Below, piece by piece: positions 24,684 through 38,579 of a DNA stretch of 64,000 bases. Under the pieces are notes generated by a model. The model searched no databases. It saw nothing but the letters and a program-made list of their open reading frames with translations, and was not told where the DNA came from. The DNA is from Pecten maximus. Taxonomy: Eukaryota. Location of the stretch: contig NC_047017.1 of NCBI RefSeq assembly GCF_902652985.1, positions 45,818,001-45,882,000 of the forward strand, written 5' to 3'. The translations under genes and the position numbers were made by a program. Numbering within the stretch: the first letter of the stretch is position 1; the number at the start of each line of letters is the position of its first letter.

Positions 24684-26745
24684 TGTATATATGTCAAATG
24701 TTGAAAAATAAAATTTTCATTACGTACACAGTATTGTATGTTATTGATTAAGTTTAAAATCAAATTTGAAGTTATTCTGTTCAAAAATAAAAATTCTATG
24801 GTCATTTTACTACCCCTACCCCTGGCCAGGGGCCAATTTTCACTAACTGAGCAGGGTCACCATGCAAACATTCCTGTTTTGCACACAATGTTGATGGAAT
24901 AGTTGCAATGAATTTATGACAATAACACACATTCAGCAGACTAACTTGTGTCATATTTTTACTATGCTCTTGAAAAAAATAAAGATGTTATAACATGTTA
25001 ATTAAGAAAAACTTGAAAATTCAAGATTTAAAAAAGATTTTTGTATATATTAGTGAATAACTTTTTTATTAGATGTCTCAGCCTGTCTAACTTTTTGCAT
25101 TCTGAAAGACCAGTTTTTAAAGATAATATTTACATAGACACACTTGGGGGTCACTTAGTAGTAATCAGGTAATTAGTGGTCAAGTGGTCAAGGGTCCCCT
25201 GGGGGTACACTGTTCTGGAAGTCTACCTCAGAGTATTAAAGAGAGCATAACTTGTACTGGCACCAAGTAACGTGACTGAATTTTCATGTTAAGTAATTCT
25301 GGGAAGTTACACAACATCTCACCGTTTAAATTTTTGGCATAAATTCAAGTTTTCAATGATTTTTTTGAAAATTAAAATGGGATTTTACAATTTTTTAAGG
25401 AAAAATTTCATTTAAATGCTTAAAAAGTGAAGTTAAATTCATTTTTCTAAAATCATTACTTCAATTATATAAAGTGATACTAAAGCTGTACTCAAATATG
25501 CAAAGACAATTAATATATTTGCACAAGTATGGAAATTACAGTGAGTTTAATGTGCATAGGTATGCCTCATACTTGACTAATTTTCAGACCCAAATCTGGA
25601 GTGGCGTGACGGACAAACTTTGAACCTATTTAAACTCATAAATACTTTAAAACAAAGGTCACAATTGAACAAATTCCCTTTGTGACAGAGAAAATGTTTA
25701 ATTAGCAATTAAAGTTTCACAAGTCTGATGTAAAATTTCATTGTATATCTACATTATGTGTCCTTCTGAGAGACCATGTCCTTGGACAGGGCAAAATCCT
25801 ATCATCTGTTTTTGCATGAATACCAAATTTTCAATGATCTGTGTTTAAAATGCCAAAAAACATATTTAAACCATTCGCTTACATAGAACGAAGGAAATAA
25901 TAAAGGAAAAACCTGTTCTGAGAAAAATGTGTTGAAATATTGTGAATTAGAATGTATACACTATATCACATTGAGTGAAATTCAAATATTTGGGAGGGGG
26001 GAACAATATTGTGTTGTTTTCTTTCAAATTTTGAATTAAAATTAATTTAAACCACTACAGTACATCACAAGATACATACATTACACTTTATGCCCAGCTT
26101 ATAACAACAGCACCTGCTTTGTTGCATGTAGAAAAGATTTTTGACAGAAAATGTGAAATTTTAGAAGATTTTGTGATTAATTCAAATAATAATCATGATT
26201 TTTTAATCACAATTTTACAAAATAATCTACATTTGCTATGTGGCCAGTCATTTAACATGTCAGCACACTATGTACTATTGGAAAATATAGCCCCGGACTT
26301 TGTACAGTACATGTAAATAGTGAAATGAGCAAAACTGCGGTTAACAGTATTACGGTTTTTACCCTAAAAGTTATACCAAAATATAGCGCAAAACCGTTTA
26401 TCTTCATAAACAGTGCTAGTACACATCTGAAACTTTAAAGTCACCTCAAAGCGTATACTAGAAATGTGTAGCAAACACAAATACCAACATGTTTTCTCGA
26501 CAAACATGTCCAGTGTGATCAGAGACAAGGATCCGCAATAGAAACGATCATCGAAACGAGGTGTATTGGGGGTGTAGTTACTAAAATGAAGCTGTCATTA
26601 ATTAAAAACTCACAGAAAGTACGTGAAATGTCATCTGCATATAGGTAAAATACACACAACTGCACAGGAAATGTTAAAAGTTCGCGATGTTTCTAATTTA
26701 AGGTCCACGCGCGAATGTTTACATCGGAAAGGTGCGTTCTATGCA

Positions 26746-27205
26746 GGCCTCAGACCACAATTAATTTCCCTCTTTGTTCTACCAAAGAAAAATCGAAATT
26801 AAAATATTTCAGAAGTTTGCAAAAAATCTGGCTTTCACATCACGTGTAGAACTATTCAAGCTGAACATACAGTGAGCTGGAAAGTACCTCATGACCGGCA
26901 TTTAACAAAGTTATTTTTATTTAAGTGTAACCACCCTACTATATTGTAGGAAAATCCGGAAAATCACAAAATATTACTACTCAAGCCTTATAACTCCCCG
27001 TGTCCTGCCTCACAAACAAACATGGAAATGGTGTCAAAATAAAATTCTGCCACTAGATTACATATTGCACTATAAATCTATGCTAAAATTATGTCCATAT
27101 CTGTAGCAGCTAAGTCAGGAAAAAATATTTAGCAACAGTCCTGAAATTTCAATATGTACTACATTCGTGTACAACGACCCGGAAGTATTATTGTGGTCTG
27201 AGGCC
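26746..27205. repeat. Right long terminal direct repeat (460 bp)
   Basis: Same length as 24224-24683 and, by eye, identical in sequence. Confidence 0.95.
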
Positions 27206-27550
27206 ACAAGGGAGGTGACTGCCATTGAGTACACAGGGGACCTAACTGCCATTGAGTATACAAGGGAGGTAACTGCCATTGAGTACACAAGGGAGGTAAC
27301 TGCCATTGAGTACACAAGGGAAGTAACTGCCATTGAGTACACATGGGAGGTAACTGCCATTGAGTACACAAGGGAGGTAACTGCCATTGAGTACACATTG
27401 GAGGTAACTGCCATTGAGTACACATGGGAGGTAAATGTCATTGAGTACACATGGGAGGTAACTGCCATTGAGTATACAAGGGAGGTAACTGCCATTGAAA
27501 ACACAAGGGAGGTAACTGCCATTGAGTACACTTTGGAGGTAACTGCCATT
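27206..27550. repeat. 27-bp minisatellite, right part
   Basis: The array gggaggtaactgccattgagtacacaa resumes in register after the acaa duplication. Confidence 0.95.
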
Positions 27551-27669
27551 TTTCTGGGTGAAAGTCAGCTGACAAAAGAAAAGAAATAGATTGGTAAAAG
27601 AGTTGAGGTTTTGGAAGATGTTGACTATAGAGTAATGCTAAGGTGGCTACCTCAACATAATCTTCTGTA

Positions 27670-27925
27670 GACAATTCAGAGTTATCTTCCCTTGTTCAGG
27701 TATCTTACTTTGCTCATTCAGAGTTACTTTCCCTTGGTTATTTAGTAATCTCCCCTTGATCATTCAGTCTACAGTTACCTTTCCTTGAATATTTTGTTAT
27801 CTTTCCTTGAATATTTTGTTATCTTTCCTTGATCATTAAGAGTTTCCTTCCTCTGATTATTTCGTAATCATCCTTTGATCATTCAGTCTACAGTTATCTT
27901 CCCTTGAATATTCAGAGTTACATTT
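27670..27925. repeat. Degenerate ~22-24-bp tandem repeat
   Basis: Recurrent ttcagagttatcttcccttg-like motif. Confidence 0.7.
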
Positions 27926-27947
27926 ATTTGATCCTTAAATTTTCTTT

Positions 27948-30900
27948 GTATACCAAGGTTTGTATGTCGTATCAGTAACTATATATAGGTGTGTATGTCA
28001 TATCAGTAACTATATATACCAAGGTTTGTATGTCGTATCAGTAACTATATATAGGTGTGTATGTCGTATCAGTAACTATATATAGGTGTGTATGTCGTAT
28101 CAGTAACTATATATACCAAGGTTTGTATGTCGTATCAGTAACTATATATACCAAGGTTTGTATGTCATATCAGTAACTATATATACCAAGGTTTGTATGT
28201 CGTATCAGTAACTATATATAGGTGTGTATGTCGTATCAGTAACTATATATAGGTGTGTATGTCGTATCAGTAACTATATATACCAAGGTTTGTATGTCGT
28301 ATCAGTAACTATATATAGGTGTGTATGTCCGTATTCAGTACTATATATACCAAGGTTTGTATGTCGTATCAGTAACTATATACCTAGGTGTGTATGTCGT
28401 ATCAGTACTATATATACAGGTTTGTATGTCGTATCAGTAACTATATATACCAAGGTTTGTATGTCGTATCAGTAACTATATATACCAAGGTGTGTATGTC
28501 GTATCAGTACTATATATACCAAGGTTTGTATGTCGTATCAGTAACTATATATACCAAGGTTTGTATGTCGTATCAGTAACTATATATACCAAGGTGTGTA
28601 TGTCGTATCAGTAACTATATATAGGTTTGTATGTCGTATCAGTAACTATATATACCAAGGTTTGTATGTCGTATCAGTAACTATATATACCAAGGTGTGT
28701 ATGTCGTATCAGTAACTATATATACCAAGGTTTGTATGTCGTATCAGTAACTATATATACCAAGGTTTGTATGTCGTATCAGTAACTATATAATAGGTGT
28801 GTATGTCGGTATCAGTAACTATATATAGGTGTGTATGTCGTATCAGTAACTATATATACCAAGGTTTGTATGTCGTATCAGTACTATATATACCAGTTTG
28901 TATGTCGTATCAGTAACTATATATACCAAGGGTTGTATGTCGTATCAGTAACTATGATATACCAAGGTTTGTATGTCGTTATCAGTAACTATATATAGGT
29001 GTGTATGTCCGTATCAGTAACTATATACCAAGGTTTGTATGTCGTATCAGTAAACTATATATAAGGTGTGTATGTCGTATCAGTAACTATATATAGGTTT
29101 GTATGTCGTATCAGTAACTATATATACCAAGGTTTGTATGTCGTACCAGTTACTATATAAAGGTGTGTATGTCGTATCAGTAACTATATATACCAAGGTT
29201 TGTATGTCGTATCAGTAACTATATATAGGTGTGTATGTCGTATCAGTAACTATATATAGGTTTGTATGTCGTATCAGTAACTATATATACCAAGGTTTGT
29301 ATGTCGTATCAGTAACTATATATACCAAGGTTTGTATGTCGTATCAGTAACTATATATAGGTGTGTATGTCGTATCAGTAACTATATATACCAAGGTTTG
29401 TATGTCGTATCAGTAACTATATATACCAAGGTTTGTATGTCGTATCAGTAACTATATATACCAAGGTTTGTATGTCGTATCAGTAACTATATATACCAAG
29501 GTTTGTATGTCGTATCAGTAACTATATATACCAAGGTTGTATGTCGTATCAGTAACTATATATACCAAGGTTTGTATGTCGTATCAGTAACTATATATAC
29601 CAAGGTCTGTATGTCGTATCAGTAACTATATATACCAAGGTTTGTATGTCGTATCAGTAACTATATATAGGTGTGTATGTCGTATCAGTAACTATATATA
29701 CCAAGGTCTGTATGTCGTATCAGTAACTATATATAGGTGTGTATGTCGTATCAGTAACTATATATACCAAGGTTTGTATGTCGTATCAGTAACTATATAT
29801 AGGTTTGTATGTCGTATCAGTAACTATATATAGGTGTGTATGTCGTATCAGTAACTATATATACCAAGGTTTGTATGTCGTATCAGTAACTATATATAGG
29901 TTTGTATGTCGTATCAGTAACTATATATACCAAGGTTTGTATGTCGTATCAGTAACTATATATAGGTGTGTATGTCGTATCAGTAACTATATATAGGTGT
30001 GTATGTCGTATCAGTAACTATATATACCAAGGTTTGTATGTCGTATCAGTAACTATATATACCAAGGTTTGTATGTCGTATCAGTAACTATATATACCAA
30101 GGTTTGTATGTCGTATCAGTAACTATATATAGGTGTGTATGTCGTATCAGTAACTATATATACCAAGGTTTGTATGTCGTATCAGTAACTATATATAGGT
30201 GTGTATGTCGTACCAGTTACTATATATAGGTTTGTATGTCGTATCAGTAACTATATATACCAAGGTTTGTATGTCGTATCAGTAACTATATATACCAAGG
30301 TTTGTATGTCGTATCAGTAACTATATATTATTCGTACAGGTAACTATATAGGTGTGTATGTCGTATCAGTAACTATATATACCAAGGTGTGTATGTCGTA
30401 TCAGTAACTATATATAGGTTTGTATGTCGTATCAGTAACTATATATACCAAGGTTTGTATGTCGTATCAGTAACTATATATACCAAGGTTTGTATGTCGT
30501 ATCAGTAACTATATATAGGTGTGTATGTCGTATCAGTAACTATATATAGGTGTGTATGTCGTATCAGTAACTATATATACCAAGGTTTGTATGTCGTATC
30601 AGTTACTATATAAAGGTTGTATGTCGTATCAGTAACTATATATAGGTGTGTATGTCGTATCAGTAACTATATATAGGTGTGTATGTCGTATCAGTAACTA
30701 TATATACCAAGGTTTGTATGTCGTATCAGTAACTATATATAGGTTTGTATGTCGTATCAGTAACTATATATAGGTGTGTATGTCGTATCAGTAACTATAT
30801 ATACCAAGGTTTGTATGTCGTATCAGTAACTATATATACCAAGGTTTGTATGTCGTATCAGTTACTATATATAGGTGTGTATGTCGTATCAGTAACTATA

Positions 30901-32024
30901 TATACCAAGGTTTGTATGTCGTATCAGTAACTATATATACCAAGGTTTGTATGTCGTATCAGTAACTATATATAGGTTTGTATGTCGTATCAGTAACTAT
31001 ATATACCAAGGTTTGTATGTCGTATCAGTAACTATATATACCAAGGTTTGTATGTCGTATCAGTAACTATATATACCAAGGTTTGTATGTCGTATCAGTA
31101 ACTATATATACCAAGGTGTGTATGTCGTATCAGTAACTATATATACCAAGGTTTGTATGTCGTATCAGTAACTATATATACCAAGGTGTGTATGTCGTAT
31201 CAGTAACTATATATACCAAGGTGTGTATGTCGTATCAGTAACTATATATACCAAGGTGTGTATGTCGTATCAGTAACTATATAGACGCAAGGTCTGTATG
31301 TCGTATCAGTAAATATATATACCAAGGTTGTATGTCGTATCAGTAACTATATATACCAAGGTTTGTATGTCGTATCAGTAACTATATATAGGTGTGTATG
31401 TCGTATCAGTAACTATATATACCAAGGTGTGTATGTCGTATCAGTAACTATATATACCAAGGTTTGTATGTCGTATCAGTAACTATATATACCAAGGTTT
31501 GTATGTCGTATCAGTAACTATATATACCAAGGTTTGTATGTCGTATCAGTAACTATATATAGGTTTGTATGTCGTATCAGTAACTATATATACCAAGGTT
31601 TGTATGTCGTATCAGTAACTATATATAGTTTGTATGTCGTATCAGTAACTATATATAGGTGTGTATGTCGTATCAGTAACTATATATAGGTTTGTATGTC
31701 GTATCAGTAACTATATATAGGTGTGTATGTCGTATCAGTAACTATATATAGGTGTGTATGTCGTATCAGTAACTATATATACCAAGGTTTGTATGTCGTA
31801 TCAGTAACTATATATACCAAGGTTTGTATGTCGTATCAGTAACTATATATAGGTGTGTATGTCGTATCAGTAACTATATATACCAAGGTTTGTATGTCGT
31901 ATCAGTAACTATATATACCAAGGTTTGTATGTCGTATCAGTAACTATATATACCAAGGTTTGTATGTCGTATCAGTAACTATATATACCAAGGTTTGTAT
32001 GTCGTATCAGTAACTATATATACC
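27948..32024. repeat. Minisatellite, 35/31-bp units, ~4.1 kb
   Basis: Unit ccaaggtttgtatgtcgtatcagtaactatatata; the variant lacks ccaa. Confidence 0.97.
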
Positions 32025-34032
32025 ACGTTTTATTACTGCTATAAGTATTAGTTACCCTATGTTTTATTAATGTTGTAAGAGTTATAGAGATGAGGTTTGG
32101 TGTTATTGGTTTGCAATACCGCTACCAATTTATGCAGCTAAATAAAGGAAATCTTCATTCATCAGATACTAAAAAGGATCAAATCAACATGATTTTTTCC
32201 TTTTTAAATTCAAATTTAATGACCATTCTTCACAGCTTCACAAATATATTTAACTTTTATACAGTAGGTATTAACATCTGATACTTCCACAAACAACAAT
32301 TATATAAAAATAATCTCGGGTGTCAAATTAATACAGAAAACCCCATTACAGAGCATGGGTCCCTCAGAAACTTGTACAAAATTAATATAACTAGAGTATG
32401 GTAATCCAAACCTATCAGCTGATAATTAATAGTAAGTCCACACTTCAAAGTTCATGTTTTTTTAATATCCAAGTAATGATAAAAATTATCTAATTAGCGT
32501 AAACCATAAAGAGTTATAATTATTGGGAAGTCGCTACTTAAAAAAATTGATACACAGTTTAGTTATGAATACATGAGAGTTATAAAATCTGGGGTTGACA
32601 TTTAGAAAACCATGTGGCTCTCATTAAGTCAATATTATCTGTTAGCTGTATGGGAGGAAGTGACGGCAGACAAAATGGATGTAAACTATGTGACATTTTA
32701 TCATATCACATAAGTGGCTCCCTCTATCCTCCCCTAGTGTTACCACCGTTATAATGGAGGATAATTATATCTGTCTATAGCTGAGTTGACATTTCAGCGA
32801 ATGACCAATATTTTCTGATCATTAAATCTAATCAATCACTACTGGAACACAATAGCTCTGAAGCCTCCATAGTTCTTCACCTTCGACCCTGTACAACCAG
32901 TGTTCATTACAATATTTGACAAATTAACAGAAAGTATTTTTTTCCATATGCAGGAACTGTCATTAAACTCATCTCTTTCCTCAATTCAAGATTTATAGAT
33001 ATTTCCTTTCACCGAGTACTTTAAATCCACACAAATCATACATGTTGTCACATTTATAGAAAATTACTTCTATAGTTACTTCATCATTGAAATTACATCA
33101 TTATTATTTAACATTAGACCAAATCAAATCTCTAGATTCAGTAGATAAAATATCACACAGCCTTCGCATTATCAATGAACTGGGACAGAATGTTGTTGTC
33201 AAATTGAGTCATTAAGGTGCACATGCTAGATGGAAATATTTGGCCAAAATTTAATTAGACATGTAATGATCAATTTACCTTCATGTACATTCTTTACCTT
33301 AAAATAAGAGTGATTAAGTAGGACACTTTATAGAATCTGAATTTGTATTAATGTGTAATTCACTGGTAATATAGACCATAATTACTTTGTACTATGACAG
33401 GCAAATATGTATTTAAATGTAGGTAATGATATTTGAATTTCTCAATTTGGACAGTATCAAGATGTTAGTGATTATCCAGAAACATCTAATGTATAAATGC
33501 CATGAACTCTACTAAACACATATATAGGTGACAATTTGAAAAAAAATTATCAGTGACATTTGTCTGTATGGTCCAGGGAGGTCAGGCAATAAAAGTCAGA
33601 AGTCAATTGTTCAAGTGAACCTATTATAAATAAAACTGTCCCCCTTAGTATGATGTATAGGGACTTGGTATTGTCAGTGTAATGACAGATTTATACTATA
33701 TTCTGGGTCAGGGTATTCCAATTTATGAATTTTGTGTAGAATTTTAAGGAATACATTTGTATTTACAGAAGTATTGGATCAAGGTACAATATTTCAACTC
33801 CAATAACTGCATAGTAAATTACTAAAGATTTATTACGAACTTGATGACAATCTAGTTACTGAACAGTAGGATACATACTGAGATAGAAAACCTTTGGTAG
33901 AATTGTTTAGGAGAGCCTTAATTGACTGGTAAGGTTGTTGGTAACAATGGAGAATAATGGAACCAGTTGGTACTATTAGGACTTGGAAGTATATAAGAAG
34001 ATAACACTGATCTACTTCTGTAGTTGATTGCT

Positions 34033-34146
34033 GCTGAGAAAAGGTGTTATAATATTACATTACAAACCAGCTGAGAAAAGGTGTTATAATATTACATTAC
34101 AAACCAGCTGAGAAAAGGTGTTATAATATTACATTACAAACCAGCT
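34033..34146. repeat. 37-bp x3 perfect tandem repeat
   Basis: gctgagaaaaggtgttataatattacattacaaacca at 34033, 34070 and 34107. Confidence 0.95.
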
Positions 34147-35089
34147 GCTATATTGATGTAGAGTATTTTATTTACCTAAAAACCATATCTCGGCCTAATT
34201 CTGAAGACAGAAACGTCAGATTTCCTCTATGATTATCACAAAATCATTCAGTTAAATGTATCGAGTTATGTTTTTGTCCTGTTTTACTATATAAAGCACA
34301 TATTAATTCACTCGAGAAACAAATTGACACCATTGATCTTCACATGAATGACAAAAATTACCTACTAAAGGGTAGGTAGTATCAGAACAGTTACATCAGC
34401 TCCAAAAATAAGGCCACTTCAAATTTCTAACAATATATAAAATACAGAGAACATTAGTGATATCTTTACTCTACTTTATAAAAATCATCCAAACGTAAAA
34501 CGGTTTATAAATACCCATTTCCATTATTGCTACCAGATAGTTATCTGTTTCCGAGTGCTGCTACGAAGTCGACTGAAATCAGACAATCATAGAAACTACT
34601 CCACCTTTGTCTGTCATCACTTAGATGTTGTCAACCAATGAAAATAATCACCCTCACCATCCTTGTTTATAGAACTTAACTAGCCATGAACTTATATGTA
34701 TATAAACCTATATTAAACTGCTATAATAGATCATCACCGCAAGCCTTTGATCCTCCGAGCGTGCAATCAAATTACATGTAGTTTTATTTAGTGCAAGCTA
34801 TCGCGGCTCTGCATCATCACAATCACAACAATCATGGCCCTAATCAGAGGGGTAATATAACTTATGTATATCAGTGAATTAAGGTGAGGAGGTGATAGCC
34901 ATCATATCAGCCATGGACAGGAAACAGTAAAATTACATTTATTGGAAATTTAAATTTCAGTTACCAGATCATGACCAGATCATAAAGTCCTGGTATCTCT
35001 GGCAGAGTAATAATTACAACATACCCTTCTCAACTGATTAAATGGTCTGATTTCATCGGTTTAAAGAAAATACCACCAACAAGTTGTAC

Positions 35090-35288
35090 ATGGTCATGTG
35101 ACAGAATGACATCAGCAGTACTGCGTGATTGTAGGTTGTGGTCATGTGACAGAATGACGGCAGCAGTACTGCATGATTGTAATGTGTGGTCATGTGACAG
35201 AACGACATCAGCAGTACTGCGTGATAATGTAGTGTGTGGTCATGTGACAGAACGACATCAGCAGTACTGCGTGATAATGTAGTGTGTG
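35090..35288. repeat. ~49-bp x4 tandem repeat
   Basis: Unit tggtcatgtgacagaacgacatcagcagtactgcgtgataatgtagtgtg. Confidence 0.9.
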
Positions 35289-36309
35289 ATAGTTCAGGTA
35301 TTTCATCACATTTAATATATAACCAGTGATATACTGCATGAAATATTACAACAAATTACCATAATCTAAATCATTAAAACATCAATTAAAACCTACATGT
35401 AGTAGACTATGTAATTATTCATTACAAACATTTTACAGAATTCCCATTACAAGGACAATCTTCTGGTCATACTAATTAACACAGCCAAATAATGTCTTGT
35501 TCTCTCAGCTGGGTTCATTAATACATGTACATTGTTTCATACTTATAATTGTAACATCAGCATGTGTTTAATAAACATGTCCAATTTCTGTTTATGAATA
35601 TCTAGAACAACCACCATCACCACTAGCGCCTGTAATAATCCGTATTGTGTGGTTGCTGAGGATGGCCCTAGAACAATGGCCGATTATCGTACTTCCTGTG
35701 TACATGTATACTCCTATACAGTTCTCATGATCCAATTGTGTCATGTGACAGGGACACATCATTAGTGCTCCGACCACAATGACCAAACGAGGTGTTCTGT
35801 GTGAATCACATCCTCTAACCAAGTAGATAATAGCTGGTTTGTGTTATGACATATTGAATGTGTTTCAGACATTAATTAAGATGATATTCAGGGTATAGTT
35901 GGAGCCTGGTAAACATTACAGTATCTACACAATATCTCCCATGCTTTACATTCCCATTTTTTAGTTGGAAATTTCTCAACCTTGACGGGAAAACAGCTCA
36001 CACACACTTTCTGAAAAAGCCAGTAAGATCATGATATTGCCATCTCTTTATGCAGCGTAACAATATCACAATTTGCCGTATATTCTATGTGCCATGGATG
36101 GTGGTGCAGATGTACTCGTTCACAATTACAAATTACCATATCTAATGGTAGGTAAGCCTGGAAGGAAAACAACCAATCCCCCCAATTGATGTCTTGACCA
36201 TTGTCATATAAGTTTTAAAGTATCTCACTTGGCAAAGCCTTAATTGTGTTTGATTATAAAAATCAGGCCTCTGTGTGTGTTAGTATGGTGATTATAACAC
36301 CAGACCAGA

Positions 36310-36418
36310 TTGATACACGCTATAAAAAACATACCTGAAATAGAGTCTGATACACTCTATAAAAAACAGACCTGAAATAGAGTCTGATACACTCTATAAA
36401 AAACAGACCTGAAATAGA
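36310..36418. repeat. ~38-bp x3 tandem repeat
   Basis: Unit tgatacactctataaaaaaacagacctgaaatagagtc. Confidence 0.85.
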
Positions 36419-36480
36419 CAGAGGACATTTGAGGCACAAAATGTGTAAAAATATGTATGTATGATATAAAGGGCACATAT

Positions 36481-37091
36481 CGGAGGACACAGAACCTGTC
36501 AGCTATACAGAGACACTCTGTACCTATGATCTGGAGGACACAGAACCTGTCAGCTATACAGAAACACTCTGTACCTATGATCTGGAGGACACAGAACCTG
36601 TCGGCTATACAGAGACACTCTGTACCTAGGATCTGGAGGACACAGAACCTGTCAGCTATACAGAGACACTCTGTACCTATGATCTGGAGGACACAGAACC
36701 TGTCAGCTATACAGAGACACTCTGTACCTAGGATCTGGAGGACACAGAACCTGTCAGCTATACAGAGACACTCTGTACCTAGGATCTGGAGGACACAGAA
36801 CCTGTCAGCTATACAGAGACACTCTGTACCTATGATCTGGAGGACACAGAACCTGTCAGCTATACAGAGACACTCTGTACCTATGATCTGGAGGACACAG
36901 AACCTGTCAGCTATACAGAGACACTCTGTACCTATGATCTGGAGGACACAGAACCTGTCAGCTATACAGAGACACTCTGTACCTATGATCTCGAGGACAC
37001 AGAACCTGTCAGCTATACAGACACTCTGTACCTATGATCTGGAGGACACAGAACCTGTCAGCTATACAGAGACACTCTGTACCTATGATCT
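36481..37091. repeat. Minisatellite, 51-bp unit, ~12 copies
   Basis: Unit ggaggacacagaacctgtcagctatacagagacactctgtacctatgatct; source of the 255-aa pseudo-ORF. Confidence 0.96.
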
Positions 37092-38579
37092 CATCTCTAC
37101 ACACATCCTCACACTCAACCAAACGTTGACAAGAATGCAGAGTGAACAAAACAATTATTATGTATTATACATAGGCTGTAACGCTTGTAATACATTGTAT
37201 CGCTCAAAATATTATTTCAAATGATGAATCTTTTAACATTTTTAATATTCTTTTTATTTTTTCTATAGACTCATATTTGTATGTACATGTATTAGCATCT
37301 GAATTACATAAAAAAAATTATGATGTAAATTTAGTCAAGGTGTGACATTTAACTTAAAGTTTCCTTTTCCAAATAGTGATTCACAGATGCTAAAGTGTCT
37401 TTTACATAATTATCTTTTATATATACACCAATTTCACCAAATATTAAATTATTCTTGATATTTACACACCAAAGATGCCTTAATGATCCAGAGAAAAACC
37501 GTGTCAAGCGGTTATTGAGTATACTGATTTTATAATTAGATAACAATTCATATCAAGTCAATTATTTACCATTCAAAAGGTTTGGAATTTCATTCGCATC
37601 AATTAATACTGCGAGTTAGCTAATATGTAAGGGGCCCTAACTATACAGTAGTACTTCAACACGCTGTAGCCGCCACATGACTTTCCGCCTGCCTCAGACA
37701 CGCTGGAGCTCTTTCAAGCACCTTGCGACAATTGGTCCGATCAGATGGATATGTTAACGAATAGGTGTATCATTCTTGTTTTCACTACACGAACATGTTG
37801 CACTCATTAAATTATAAATACCGAATGTCATTTGAGAATCCTGGGAATACAGAGGGTATGACACAAGGCCTGGTGGTGGCAGACAAGATCACACACAAGT
37901 CCAGAATCTTTCAGTGGCTACACCTTGTTCAAGTGGCTTGTCCTTAGCTTTACAAGTACCTAACATCTACCTAAATAGAGACCATAGCTGTAGGAAACAT
38001 CTGTATCAATATGTCTACCATCAGGTAAATTATCCTGATTATAACAATGAAACACAAGATATACTTTTACCTCCTCCCCAAATGTGACCACACAATTAGC
38101 ATTGGGACCTGTTAGTACACTAAATTAATATGGGATGTCTAATCTGTTACTGTCCCCAATAAGGCCATACACTTTATAACCATCTCTCTGTTGTAATGGG
38201 GGATACCATTTGCTTTTATACAATGTTTCCCTCCTCAGACACATATTTGGATCAATTTCAACTAATTTAAACCATAATTTCTTCTCTCCTTCTGAAGAGG
38301 TAGACTTTTACAGATTTATCCTTAATTACCCACATCTGGGCTCCATCAACAATTAAACAAGCTCAAGGTCCATTTACCACAGGTTGGAATTCTCCATATC
38401 AAATTTTGTCAAAATACCTGTAACTCTTCTAGATTAGTATCTTTGTAATGACTCACAAAACAAGTTAGTAAAGACATTCACAAGCATTAAGGATCAACCT
38501 TTCTTCAAATACATGGGTCATTGGGAGGAAACAGACAGTTTTTCTTCTGGATTTCCTTTTTGGATGTTTAATGTCCTCG

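Larger units (their letters stand above)
24224..27205. mobile_element. Composite-like DNA transposon with long terminal direct repeats (KolobokP-type architecture), non-autonomous
   Basis: Two 460-bp direct repeats (offset 2522), each bounded by the TIR ggcctcagaccacaat...attgtggtctgaggcc. acaa is duplicated at 24220-24223 and 27206-27209. The interior 24684-26745 has no ORF above ~70 aa. The structure is seen directly; the family name is from recalled literature. Confidence 0.85.

Noticed and set aside
24684-26745. Transposase or His-Me nuclease remnants in the interior
   Set aside because: Spot translation of the least AT-rich parts (about 25130-25260 and 26350-26550, mainly minus strand) showed frequent stops and no recognisable motifs. 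A TBLASTN/HMM search would be needed to exclude decayed fragments.
24224-27205. LTR retrotransposon (TRIM/LARD) interpretation of the 460-bp direct repeats
   Set aside because: The repeats end GG...CC with 16-bp TIRs, not TG...CA, and there is no tRNA primer-binding site after the left repeat or polypurine tract before the right repeat.
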